This document shows, piece by piece, positions 38,359-47,477 of a stretch of DNA of 64,000 nt (its first letter is position 1; each line of letters starts with the position of its first letter). The stretch is from IMG/VR virus record IMGVR_UViG_3300031949_000010. The stretch is one strand, 5' to 3'. This DNA comes from a virus. The notes beneath the pieces are model-generated. The model did no database searches, had not been told where the DNA came from, and saw nothing but the letters and a program-made list of their open reading frames with translations. The translations under genes and the position numbers were made by a program.

Positions 38359-39200
38359 GAATCGTGTTCGCGCGGCCGGCGTGGCCCTACGACAGCTACC
38401 GGATCTTCTGGCGGCTGGTGGAACTCTCTGGGTTCGAGCAGGTCCCGCTTGTGGCCATCGACCTCTCCCAGGAGGCCTTCTACATCATCTCACCCCCGAA
38501 CGGCGAACTCGATGGCGCGATGATGGCGGCAAGGGCGAGACTCATAGGCCCGAAAAGATCCCGGGCGGCCGTCTGGGACCTTGAACGGCGGGATGGGTGG
38601 GCGGGCGCCGAGCATCCTGACGAGTCGATGGCGGCGCGCGATGTCTCCGGATTCCTAGCGTCGGTCGACTATGCCTGGACATTCGATCCGCATTACGCGA
38701 CCTATGACGAGAGGCTGGTCCGCGTCACCGTCGGCGGCCATCCCGAACTGGCTGAACAACCGCCCTCTCCGGAGAAGCGGTGGGACGCGTGCCACTTCTC
38801 GTACGTGAACGGGCGGCGCGAGGCCGTGATGGCCGCGCTGAGGTCCAGGCACATGATCGCGCCGGAGACCTGGGGTCCCGAGCGTCCACTCATTCTGTCG
38901 GCCAGCCGGAGCATGGTCTACATCCATCAGACACCCTTCCCGGTCGGAAGCCCGCTCCGGTTCGCCCTCGCGGCCGCCCATTCGCTTCCCCTCATGGCCG
39001 AAGCGATGGAAAACCCCTATCCGATGGAGGCCGGCTGGGATTTCGAGGCCGCCCCCTATGGCGGTTTCGCGGACGCATTCTCGGACTGGTTGCCGAGGAC
39101 GTCGCCCGAGATGGGGTCCAGGCTCCACAAGAAACTTTGCGTCGACTTCACCTTCAGGAAATGCGTCGAGGATGGCGTGAGGAGGAGCCTGTGGGCCTGA
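38355..39200 (+). CDS. Glycosyltransferase-like protein, paralog of 34270..35121
   Basis: TTG start overlapping the previous stop; YDSYRIFWRLVELSGF. Confidence 0.65.
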   Translation: MRIVFARPAWPYDSYRIFWRLVELSGFEQVPLVAIDLSQEAFYIISPPNGELDGAMMAARARLIGPKRSRAAVWDLERRDGWAGAEHPDESMAARDVSGFLASVDYAWTFDPHYATYDERLVRVTVGGHPELAEQPPSPEKRWDACHFSYVNGRREAVMAALRSRHMIAPETWGPERPLILSASRSMVYIHQTPFPVGSPLRFALAAAHSLPLMAEAMENPYPMEAGWDFEAAPYGGFADAFSDWLPRTSPEMGSRLHKKLCVDFTFRKCVEDGVRRSLWA

Positions 39201-39988
39201 GCGAAGAGGGCGTTCCGGTGGCCATCCTCTGCGGGGGCATGGGAACGCGTCTCAGGGAGGAGACCGAGGCCCGTCCGAAACCCATGGTCGAGATCGGGGG
39301 GATGCCCATCCTGTGGCACATCATGCGGACCTACGCGGCGTTCGGACACCGCCGCTTCGTTCTATGCCTCGGCTACAAGGGCTGGCAGATCAAGGACTTC
39401 TTCGTGCGCCACCGCTGGCTCACGAACGACTTCACCCTCCACACGGCAATGGGCGAGATCGAGATCCACGGAATTGGCGCCGGCCTGGACTGGTCTATCA
39501 CGTTCGTGGACACCGGCATAGAGACGCCGACGGGCGGAAGGCTCGCCCGCGCGAGGCCCTACTTGGGCAACGGACGATTCATGGCCACCTACGGCGATGG
39601 CTTGGCCGATATAGATATACGGGCGCTCCTCGCGCACCACTCCATGATGGGCCGGACGGCGACCGTGACCGGCATCAGGCCATCGAGCCCCTTCGGCGTG
39701 CTCGAAACGCGGGATGGGCTTGCGGCGTCCTTCAGGGAGAAGCCCAGGCTGGACGGCTTGGTGAATGGTGGGTTCTTCGTCTTCGAGCCCGGGATCTTCG
39801 GGCTGATCGAAACGACCAGCGTGCTCGAGGAGGAGCCCCTGCGTCGCCTGGCTGCGGGGGGATCCCTTGCCGTGTACGAGCACACCGGCTTCTGGGCGTG
39901 CATGGACACCTTCAAGGATGCCGAGAGGCTGCGGGGGATGTGGGACCGGGGAGAGCGCCCCTGGGCGCCGGCGGGGGGAGCGCCATGA
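39191..39988 (+). CDS. rfbF: Glucose-1-phosphate cytidylyltransferase
   Basis: ILCGGMGTRLREET..RPKPMVEIG..PILWHIM, DTG..T.TGGRL, F..TYGDG, VNGGFFVF, GFWACMDT. Confidence 0.93.
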   Translation: MGLSEEGVPVAILCGGMGTRLREETEARPKPMVEIGGMPILWHIMRTYAAFGHRRFVLCLGYKGWQIKDFFVRHRWLTNDFTLHTAMGEIEIHGIGAGLDWSITFVDTGIETPTGGRLARARPYLGNGRFMATYGDGLADIDIRALLAHHSMMGRTATVTGIRPSSPFGVLETRDGLAASFREKPRLDGLVNGGFFVFEPGIFGLIETTSVLEEEPLRRLAAGGSLAVYEHTGFWACMDTFKDAERLRGMWDRGERPWAPAGGAP

Positions 39989-40914
39989 GGGCGCTCGTCA
40001 CGGGGGCCACCGGAATGGTGGGCGGATGGCTCGCCCAGGCCCTTGTGCTGGCGGGAAACGAGGTCGTCTGCCTCGTCCGGGACCATGTCCCATCCTCCCT
40101 GCTGGAGCGCGAGGGATTGGCGACGCGGGTCGCCATCGTGAGAGGCGATCTCCTCGACAGGGGGATCGTTGCTAGAGCCCTCAACGAGTACGAGATCGAC
40201 ACAGTCTTCCACCTGGGCGCCCAAGCAATCGTGACGGTTGCCAACCGGGACCCGATCTCGACCTTCGAGTCGAACATTCAAGGCTCATGGAACGTATTGG
40301 AGGCCTGCCGCCGGCACGCTCTCCTGAGGAGGCTCGTTTTCGCCTCAAGCGACAAGTGCTACGGCGAGGCCCCGCTGCCCTATACCGAGGAAACCCCCCT
40401 CCGCGGCTCCAACCCCTACGACGCGTCGAAGGCGGCCGCCGATCTCGTCGCCCAGAGTTACCTCTCCACCTATCGGATGCCCGTGGCCATCGCCCGTTGC
40501 GGCAACATCTATGGCGGCGGCGACCAGAACTGGGACCGCATCGTCCCCGGGACGATCCGCTCGGTGATGAGGGGCGAAAGGCCCGTCCTACGGTCTGATG
40601 GCACGATGCTCCGAGACTATCTGTACGTCGAGGATGCCGTTTCGGCATATTTGGCGCTCGGCCGGTCAGAGGAGAACGGGCCCTTCAACTTCGGAACCGA
40701 GAATCCGACCTCGGTGCTCGACGTGGTCGGCCGGATCCTGAAGATCGCCGGAAGCCCGCTAGAGCCGCTCATCCTCGGAACGGCGAGAAACGAGATCAAG
40801 AGCCAATGGCTATCCTCGCGCCGGGCCCGCGAGCTCATCGGCTGGGCTCCGGCCCACAGCCTGGATGATGGTCTTTTGAGGACTTACCAGTGGTACATCC
40901 GGAACAAGCCCTGA
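39985..40914 (+). CDS. NDP-glucose 4,6-dehydratase (RfbG-like SDR)
   Basis: GATGMVG, VFHLGAQ.IV, ASSDKCYG, PYDASK, RCGNIYGGGD. Confidence 0.85.
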   Translation: MRALVTGATGMVGGWLAQALVLAGNEVVCLVRDHVPSSLLEREGLATRVAIVRGDLLDRGIVARALNEYEIDTVFHLGAQAIVTVANRDPISTFESNIQGSWNVLEACRRHALLRRLVFASSDKCYGEAPLPYTEETPLRGSNPYDASKAAADLVAQSYLSTYRMPVAIARCGNIYGGGDQNWDRIVPGTIRSVMRGERPVLRSDGTMLRDYLYVEDAVSAYLALGRSEENGPFNFGTENPTSVLDVVGRILKIAGSPLEPLILGTARNEIKSQWLSSRRARELIGWAPAHSLDDGLLRTYQWYIRNKP

Positions 40915-41363
40915 TCCAGGGCGTCATCGTTTCGCCGCTCGCCAGGATCCAGGATGACCGAGGCTCGGTCATGAGGATGTTGCGGAGAACGGACCCGTGG
41001 TTCTCCGAGTTCGGGGAGGTCTACTTCTCGACCGTGTATCCCGGAGTTGTGAAGGGTTGGCACCTGCACGAAAGAATGGAACTGAACTACGCCTGCGTCG
41101 TCGGAACCGTAAGGCTGGTGCTCCACGATGCTCGGCCCGGCTCGCCCACGCGCGGCCTGACGATGGTCGTTCATATCGGCGAGCGCAACTACGCACTCGT
41201 CAAGATCCCCCCGGGGATCTGGAACGGCTTCAAGAACATCGGGCTGGTGGAGGCTGTGGTCGCGAACTGCGCCTCGATGCCGCACGATCCTGCGGAGATC
41301 CGCAGATTACCGCCGCATGGAGACGGCCAGATCCCATACGACTGGACGACGAGGGACGGGTAG
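40890..41363 (+). CDS. rfbC: NDP-4-keto-6-deoxyglucose 3,5-epimerase (RmlC/RfbC cupin)
   Basis: DDRG, FGEVYFS...PGVVKGWHLH, KIPPGIWNGFK. Confidence 0.85.
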   Translation: MVHPEQALIQGVIVSPLARIQDDRGSVMRMLRRTDPWFSEFGEVYFSTVYPGVVKGWHLHERMELNYACVVGTVRLVLHDARPGSPTRGLTMVVHIGERNYALVKIPPGIWNGFKNIGLVEAVVANCASMPHDPAEIRRLPPHGDGQIPYDWTTRDG

Positions 41364-42683
41364 ATGGACAAGGCCGATGCGCCCCGGGATGAGATTCTGT
41401 CGCTCGCGCGCCGCTACGCTGAGCAACGCGAGGTCCGCACGTGGCGCTCAGGGCTCGACCGGGTTCCGTACGCCGGTCGCGTCGTGGGCGCCGACGAGGT
41501 GTGTAGGCTGGTGGACGCGGCGCTCGACTGCTGGCTCACGCTCGGCCCGAACGGAGACCGCTTCGAGTCGGAGCTCAAGCAGAAAACGGGGACGAGGGAC
41601 GCGATTCTGGTCAACTCGGGGTCCTCGGCGAACCTCGTCGCTCTGACGGCGCTCTCATCGCCCAACACGCCCGACGGGCTCCGCCCAGGGGACGAGGCCA
41701 TCACGCCGGCGACGACCTTCCCATCCACATTCTCTCCGATCATACAGAACCGGCTTATTCCGGTCGTCGTGGACTGCCGGCTGGGCGACTACAATGCGTC
41801 GATGGACGCGATCGAGGCCGCCATCGGACCGCGTACGCGGGCCCTCGTGCTGCCGCACACCCTGGGCAACCCCTTCGACCTCGACCGGGCGACCGCGCTC
41901 TGCCGTCGGCACGGGTTGCGGCTGGTCGAGGACGCCTGCGACGCCCTGGGCAGCCTCTGGCGCGGGAAGCCCGTCGGCGGGTTTGGGGATTTCGGCACCC
42001 TGAGCTTCTATCCGGCGCACCATATCACGATGGGCGAGGGCGGCGCCGTCCTGACGAACGACGCGCGCCTCGCCCTCCGCGCCCGCTCGATCAGGGATTG
42101 GGGAAGAAACTGCTGGTGCCCTACCGGAAAATCGGACACCTGCGGGAAGCGCTTCGGCTGGACGCTGGGCTCGCTCCCGCCGGGATACGACCATAAGTAC
42201 ATCTACTCAGAGATCGGGTACAACCTGAAGCCGACGGACCTCCAGGCTGCGGTGGGGCTCGCGCAGATCGCCCGGCTCACCGGCTTCGTCGAGCGCCGGC
42301 GTCATAACTTCAACCGCCTGGATTCCGCGCTCCGCGCCTCGGGGATGGAGGAGCACCTGCATCTCCCGACCTCCGACCCGAACGCATTCGTATCCTGGTT
42401 CGCCTATCCGATCACGGTGCGCGCCGGCGCGCCGTTCACGCGGGACCAAGCTGTGCGGAGCCTTGAAGCGGCGAACATAGAGACCAGAATGCTCTTCGCG
42501 GGCAACATCCTCAGGCAACCAGCGTTCATCGGCGTCCAGTGCCGCGTTCCCGGAAGCCTTGAGGTCACGGATACGGTCATGCGGAACACATTCGTGGTGG
42601 GCGTCTACCCGGGGCTCACCGATGCGATGGTGGACTATATGGCGGACGCCCTGATCGCCCTTCGGCGGGGGGCGCGGTCATGA
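41364..42683 (+). CDS. rfbH: CDP-4-keto-6-deoxyglucose 3-dehydratase (E1, DdhC/RfbH)
   Basis: NSGSSANL, HTLGNPF, EDACDALG, SFYPAHHITMGEGG (His at the PLP-lysine position), RDWGRNCWC, YDHKY.YS..GYNLK.TD.QAA. Confidence 0.93.
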   Translation: MDKADAPRDEILSLARRYAEQREVRTWRSGLDRVPYAGRVVGADEVCRLVDAALDCWLTLGPNGDRFESELKQKTGTRDAILVNSGSSANLVALTALSSPNTPDGLRPGDEAITPATTFPSTFSPIIQNRLIPVVVDCRLGDYNASMDAIEAAIGPRTRALVLPHTLGNPFDLDRATALCRRHGLRLVEDACDALGSLWRGKPVGGFGDFGTLSFYPAHHITMGEGGAVLTNDARLALRARSIRDWGRNCWCPTGKSDTCGKRFGWTLGSLPPGYDHKYIYSEIGYNLKPTDLQAAVGLAQIARLTGFVERRRHNFNRLDSALRASGMEEHLHLPTSDPNAFVSWFAYPITVRAGAPFTRDQAVRSLEAANIETRMLFAGNILRQPAFIGVQCRVPGSLEVTDTVMRNTFVVGVYPGLTDAMVDYMADALIALRRGARS

Positions 42684-43567
42684 GAATCCTCCTGACAGGC
42701 GCGTCCGGCTTCCTGGGGTCCAGGGTCCTCGCCGAGCTCTTGGCGAGGGAGCACGAGGTCCACGCGGTCGTCCGGGCGTCCACGGACCGCTGGAGGATGC
42801 CGCCCGAGGGCGCAACGGGCCTCGTCCTCCACGAGGCGAGGCTGGACGAGCCACCCATCGAGCCAGAACTCGCCATTCATTTGGCCTGGTATTCCGTGCC
42901 GGGACGCTACCTTTCGGCGACGGACAACTTCGAGTGCCTTGAGATGAGCGAACGGCTCGCCGGAAGGCTGCGATGCCGGATGGTCGCGGCGGGCACGTGC
43001 TTCGAGTACCTGGAGTCATCCGATGCCATGCGCGAGTCCCATCCGCTGGCTCCCGGGACACTCTACGCGAGTTGCAAGGACTCGCTGCGCCGCCGACTTG
43101 AGGAGCGTGGCGACCAGGCGTGGTTGAGGTTCTTCCCGATGTACGGGCCGGGCGAGGATCCGCGGCGGCTTGTGCCGTCAGTCGCAATCCCGATCCTAGA
43201 AAGACGCGAGGCTCGGCTCACGGCGGGGGCGCAGAGGAGGGATTACCTCCACGTGGATGATGCGGCGCGCGCCGTAGTCGATGTCTCTCTTTCCAACATC
43301 GAGGGCCCCGTGAACATCTGCTCCGGACGCGCGCCGACAGTGGCTGAGGTGGCGATCGAGGTGTCCCGCCGCGCCGGTGCCTCCGAGCTCCTTCGCCTTG
43401 GCGCTGTGCCCGGACGGACCGGGGATCCCCATGTGATCCTGGGCGACCCATCGCTGCTACGCTCGATCGGCTGGACGCCCCGCTACGACCTTGTCTCCGG
43501 CGTCGACGACACGGTATCATGGTGGGAACAAGCGCCACTCGGCCGCAGGAAGGCCTGGAGGCACTAG
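42680..43567 (+). CDS. NAD-dependent sugar 4-reductase/epimerase (SDR)
   Basis: LTGASGFLGS, HLAW, GTCFEY, YASCK, RDYLHVDD. Confidence 0.85.
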   Translation: MRILLTGASGFLGSRVLAELLAREHEVHAVVRASTDRWRMPPEGATGLVLHEARLDEPPIEPELAIHLAWYSVPGRYLSATDNFECLEMSERLAGRLRCRMVAAGTCFEYLESSDAMRESHPLAPGTLYASCKDSLRRRLEERGDQAWLRFFPMYGPGEDPRRLVPSVAIPILERREARLTAGAQRRDYLHVDDAARAVVDVSLSNIEGPVNICSGRAPTVAEVAIEVSRRAGASELLRLGAVPGRTGDPHVILGDPSLLRSIGWTPRYDLVSGVDDTVSWWEQAPLGRRKAWRH

Positions 43568-43575
43568 GAGGGCGG

Positions 43576-44211
43576 ATGCGCTTCCCCTTGGACACCATTG
43601 TCCGGCTCTCCCGCGAGATGCCAAGCATGCCCGAGGAGCGCCCGGCCAGGCTACGGTCCCTTCGCGACGCCGACCAACCCGGAAACCTTTACTACCGCCT
43701 GTTCCACGCGATGTCCATGAGATCGGGACCAGCCGACGTGGTCGAGATCGGCACCTTCGTCGGGTCGTCGGCCGCCCATCTGGGCGCGAACCCGGCCGTC
43801 CGGGTGCTCACGATCGACTGCAATCCAGACGCCAGTGTCCGGGTGGCGGAGCTCGGCTTGCCGAACGTTAGAGCCGTAACGGCGGACTCCGTCGCTCACG
43901 CTGATAAGCTTCCCAGGGGACGGTGGATCGACCTCCTGTTCGTGGATGGCAACCACACGTTCAATCAGGCCTACGGCGAGTACGAGGCGTATCGGCCGCT
44001 CGTCAAGCCGGGCGGCCTCGTCTTCTTCGACGACATACGGTTGCCCATGTCGACCCGGGAAATGGACGTCTTCTGGGACCACGTCGTCGACCCGAAGGCG
44101 GAACTTGAAGGGATGCACCACACGGGCATAGGAGTCTGCGTCGTCGATCCGTCCGTGGCGCTCCCCTTGTGGGCCGAGGTCATCGGGGCGGCATCCCGCC
44201 GGTTCAAGTGA
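43576..44211 (+). CDS. Class I SAM-dependent methyltransferase (Methyltransf_24-like)
   Basis: VEIGTFVGSSA, IDLLFVDGNH, VKPGGLVFFDD. Confidence 0.85.
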   Translation: MRFPLDTIVRLSREMPSMPEERPARLRSLRDADQPGNLYYRLFHAMSMRSGPADVVEIGTFVGSSAAHLGANPAVRVLTIDCNPDASVRVAELGLPNVRAVTADSVAHADKLPRGRWIDLLFVDGNHTFNQAYGEYEAYRPLVKPGGLVFFDDIRLPMSTREMDVFWDHVVDPKAELEGMHHTGIGVCVVDPSVALPLWAEVIGAASRRFK

Positions 44212-44221
44212 AGGAGGGGCT

Positions 44222-45025
44222 ATGAAGCGCGCCATCATCGCATTGGTCGGATCCGCCCTGCTCGGGACCACTGGCCGAAGCGCGGCGGACGAGCTTGTGC
44301 TCAAAGATGGAAAGTCCGTGGCCTGGAAATGTATCCGGGACCAGGGCGACCACTACGAGATTGAGACCCCGACCGGGACGAAGGTCACCGTCCAGAAGTC
44401 GGATGTTCAAAGCCTCCGCGTGTCTCCGGCCACCGAGCCCCTTACTGGGGCCACCTTCACCTTCGACAAGAAACGCCGTCTCGATACGACGGATCTCCTG
44501 TCGCGCATCGAGCCCAAGCGGGACTCCATCGCCGGCGCATGGGCCGTGCGCTCGGGCGCATTGGTGGGGACTGCCGATGGCGCGAAGCACTCCAGGATCG
44601 AGATCCCGACCATCCCGCCCGAGGAATATGACCTGACCGTGGTCGCCGAGCGTAAAGAGGGCGACGACGAATTCTTCCTTGGGCTCGTGGGCGGCGGGGC
44701 GCAGTTCGTGGTGCGCTTCGATTGGGCCCGGGGCTCTTCGAGCGGGCTCTCGTCGCCCGGTGGCGTCGATCCGTCCCGCGTGACGATCCAGGGCCGGGCG
44801 TTTGAGAATAGGAAACCAAGAACCATCGTGTGCATGGTGCGGAAGGATGGCGTCGTGGTCAGGCTGGACGGGAAGGACTTCGCCGTCTGCCGGACCACCT
44901 GGGCGGGCACATCGCACGAGGCGATGTACGCGGTCAAGAGGCAGAATGTCCTGTTCCTGGGAATGGCAGGCGCGGGTTGCACGTGGCATGTCTCGAAAAT
45001 CTCGCTCTCGGCCCCGAAGGAGTAG
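44222..45025 (+). CDS. Secreted beta-sandwich protein with signal peptide
   Basis: MKRAIIALVGSALLG signal; DELVLKDG; IP..PPEEYDL.V.AER.EG pattern recalled from Planctomycetota proteins. Confidence 0.7.
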   Translation: MKRAIIALVGSALLGTTGRSAADELVLKDGKSVAWKCIRDQGDHYEIETPTGTKVTVQKSDVQSLRVSPATEPLTGATFTFDKKRRLDTTDLLSRIEPKRDSIAGAWAVRSGALVGTADGAKHSRIEIPTIPPEEYDLTVVAERKEGDDEFFLGLVGGGAQFVVRFDWARGSSSGLSSPGGVDPSRVTIQGRAFENRKPRTIVCMVRKDGVVVRLDGKDFAVCRTTWAGTSHEAMYAVKRQNVLFLGMAGAGCTWHVSKISLSAPKE

Positions 45026-45094
45026 GCTCCCGAACAAGCCGCCGCGGGCGCGCCGCAGACGGGCGCACCCGATCGCGGTCTTGGTGAACGGAGA

Positions 45095-45787
45095 ATGGGC
45101 ATCTCTCGGGCCTTGACCCTGGGCGCGGTCGCGACGACCCGGAATAAGTCACGCACGCTGGGGGCCTTTGCCCTCTCCCTCTCCATTCAGTCCAGGGTTC
45201 CCGACCGGATCGTGCTGGTCGACGATGCCTCATTGGACGGCACGGCAGAACTGCTGGCGTCGTTTCCAGCCGCCTGGGACCGTATTCTTCTTTCCAAGAG
45301 GCTCGGTCAGTCCGCAGCCAGGAACGCCGGGCTGCGCGCGATCCGCACAGACCTCGTGATCTTCCTCGACGCCGACATCGTCATGGCGCCCGACATGCTG
45401 GCGGAGCTCGAGGGTGCCCTTGCGAGCGACCCGGGCGCGAGCTTCGCCTACTGCGGGTACCGCCGCATGGGGGCGCTGTCCGGGGAGCTCTCCGCGCCCA
45501 CGTGGGATTGCGAAGCCCTCCGGCGGTCCAATTTCGCCTCCACGATGAGTCTCGTCAGGATGGAACACCTTCCTCACGGCGGATTCGACGAGTCCCTGGA
45601 CAGATTCGAGGACTGGGACCTATGGCTCCGGATGGCGGCCGCCGGCCGGCGAGGCACGCCCGTCAAGCGGGCGCTCTTCGAGGCTTGGTACCATCGGGGG
45701 GACATCTCCCTCGGTCCTTCATCGCGCAGGAAGGAGGCCTCCGTACGGCGGGCCGACCGGAGGCGCCGGGGAATCCTCAGCGAATGA
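45095..45787 (+). CDS. GT2 glycosyltransferase
   Basis: IVLVDDASLDGT, SAARNAG, IFLDAD, FDE.L.RFEDWDLWLR. Confidence 0.88.
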   Translation: MGISRALTLGAVATTRNKSRTLGAFALSLSIQSRVPDRIVLVDDASLDGTAELLASFPAAWDRILLSKRLGQSAARNAGLRAIRTDLVIFLDADIVMAPDMLAELEGALASDPGASFAYCGYRRMGALSGELSAPTWDCEALRRSNFASTMSLVRMEHLPHGGFDESLDRFEDWDLWLRMAAAGRRGTPVKRALFEAWYHRGDISLGPSSRRKEASVRRADRRRRGILSE

Positions 45788-46529
45788 GGGGCGCCCCGGC
45801 GTAGGGGTGGTCCCCGAGCGTCGAACGGACCGCAGCCTCCAGACTGGCGTCGGCTCTCTCCGGGTTCCAGAAGTCCACACATGTGGGATGCACGTCGCGC
45901 ATGCCGCAATCCGGGGCCCATGGCAGGAACTTCCGCTCGTACCAGTCCCGCCTCCACTCTCCTTTGTGCCCATGGATAACCTGCTTGTACGCGGTGAGAC
46001 GCTCCGATTGCGCGTAACCGAAGTGGAGGACCGGCGCGGTCTGTGGATCGAGGTACCACGTCCCCCGGCCATCCGGATTCACGATTCGCACCGGCATCGA
46101 CGGATCCCGGCACACCCAAGCGAAGGACCTCCAGAAGTGGACGAACCGGACCAGCACGTCCCTCTCCGGGCGCCCCGCCGTGGCCAAGAGCGCTGCCTTG
46201 GCCGCTCCCGGGGCCCAGACCTCGTCCTCATCGACGACCAGGATGCGGTCGGCCTTGGCCTCCCGGGCGATGGGGTATATCGCGTTTCGGTGCTCGCCCT
46301 CGCTCGAGAAAGCTCCCGAATGCCAGTGGACCGGGCAGTCGGCGTAACGGATCGCCTCGCGCTTCAGGTCCTCCTCGGTGTCTGGGCACGAGGCTCCCGT
46401 CTCGTGGCCGAATGAGGGACGGGGGGAATAGACCACGTGGACCTCGTCAACCGCGTCCTGGATGGAGCGGATGGACCAGGCGAGATACTCCTTGCCGTAG
46501 TGGAGGCAGTAGAACGCGATCGCCCTCAT
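45777..46529 (-). CDS. GT-A/GT2-like glycosyltransferase
   Basis: YL.WSIRSI...VDEV.VV, RN.......ADRILVVDEDEVW, LHFGY. Confidence 0.75.
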   Translation of the reverse strand: MRAIAFYCLHYGKEYLAWSIRSIQDAVDEVHVVYSPRPSFGHETGASCPDTEEDLKREAIRYADCPVHWHSGAFSSEGEHRNAIYPIAREAKADRILVVDEDEVWAPGAAKAALLATAGRPERDVLVRFVHFWRSFAWVCRDPSMPVRIVNPDGRGTWYLDPQTAPVLHFGYAQSERLTAYKQVIHGHKGEWRRDWYERKFLPWAPDCGMRDVHPTCVDFWNPERADASLEAAVRSTLGDHPYAGAPLIR

Positions 46530-47473
46530 GCGCGGCCACCAGAGGACAACCTCCACGATGAGATCGTCGCACGGATCCCCTCGGTAAGATCGACCTCTGG
46601 CTCCCATCCCAGGATCGATCGAGCCCTCATCCCGTCAACTGAACGGCGCGGCTGGCCATCGGGCTTCGAGGGGTCCCACTCGATCAAACCCTGGTATCCG
46701 ACCTCCATGGAGATGATCTGCGCGAGATCAGCGATTGAAATCTCGGGGGAGCCCGGCAGGTTGACCGGGACATCGTCGTCCAGCATGCCAGCCGCGGCTA
46801 CGACCGCCCTGGCGCAGTCGTCGACATGAAGGAACGATCGCGTCGCGAGACCAGTACCCCAGCAGCAGACGGACGGGCTTCCGGCCACCCGTGCCTCCTC
46901 AAACTTTCTGACGAGCGCGGGAAGCACATGGGATGTTGAGGGAGAGAAGTTGTCCCCGGGCCCGTAGAGGTTGCAGGGCATCAGGTAGCCGAAGCGAAGG
47001 TCCGATTGCGCCCGGTGCGCTTGGCAGAGGACGAGCAGGGCCTTCTTTGCGATACCGTAGGGCGCGTTGGTCGGCTCTGGGTAGCCGTCCCACAGGGAGG
47101 ACTCGGAGAACGGGGCGGGGCAATCCTTGGGATAGCTGCAGATCGTACCCACCATGAGAAGCCTCGTCCGGGACCGCGCGCAGCCCCCCACGACGGAGAG
47201 GCCCATGGCCATGTTGTCCTCGAAGAACGAGGCGGGGGCTCGCATGTTGGCGCCGATGCCCCCGCAAGCAGCGGCCAAGTGGACGACGAGATCGGGCGAG
47301 AAGGACCGCAAGGCAGACTCGAAAGCCTGAGGGACGCGCAGGTCGCACCCAATAGACCGACTTACGCTCTGGATCTGAGCGCCCCCTGCGGCGAGCATCA
47401 AGCAGGCCCGGCGTCCCAGGAAGCCCGTTCCGCCGGTGACCAGGATTCGGCTGGCCGGCATGAGCGGTGCCAT
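46526..47473 (-). CDS. fcl: GDP-L-fucose synthase
   Basis: VTGGTGFLG, HLAA.CGGIGAN...PA.F..DN, GTICSYPK, GYPEPTNAPYGIAKK, NLYGPGDNF...SHV.PAL, WGTG...RSFLHVDD, WD.SKPDGQPRR. Confidence 0.93.
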   Translation of the reverse strand: MAPLMPASRILVTGGTGFLGRRACLMLAAGGAQIQSVSRSIGCDLRVPQAFESALRSFSPDLVVHLAAACGGIGANMRAPASFFEDNMAMGLSVVGGCARSRTRLLMVGTICSYPKDCPAPFSESSLWDGYPEPTNAPYGIAKKALLVLCQAHRAQSDLRFGYLMPCNLYGPGDNFSPSTSHVLPALVRKFEEARVAGSPSVCCWGTGLATRSFLHVDDCARAVVAAAGMLDDDVPVNLPGSPEISIADLAQIISMEVGYQGLIEWDPSKPDGQPRRSVDGMRARSILGWEPEVDLTEGIRATISSWRLSSGGRA

Positions 47474-47477
47474 GGTT

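Noticed and set aside
46571-46593. TAAGATCGA as another operator
   Set aside because: Half-site only, inside the fcl coding sequence; the left arm does not match at N8 spacing.
34270-47473. Host chromosomal O-antigen locus captured by misassembly
   Set aside because: No wzx/wzy/wzm-wzt, waaL or housekeeping neighbours; genes are translationally coupled to viral-type wHTH and virion genes on both sides. Read coverage should still be checked.
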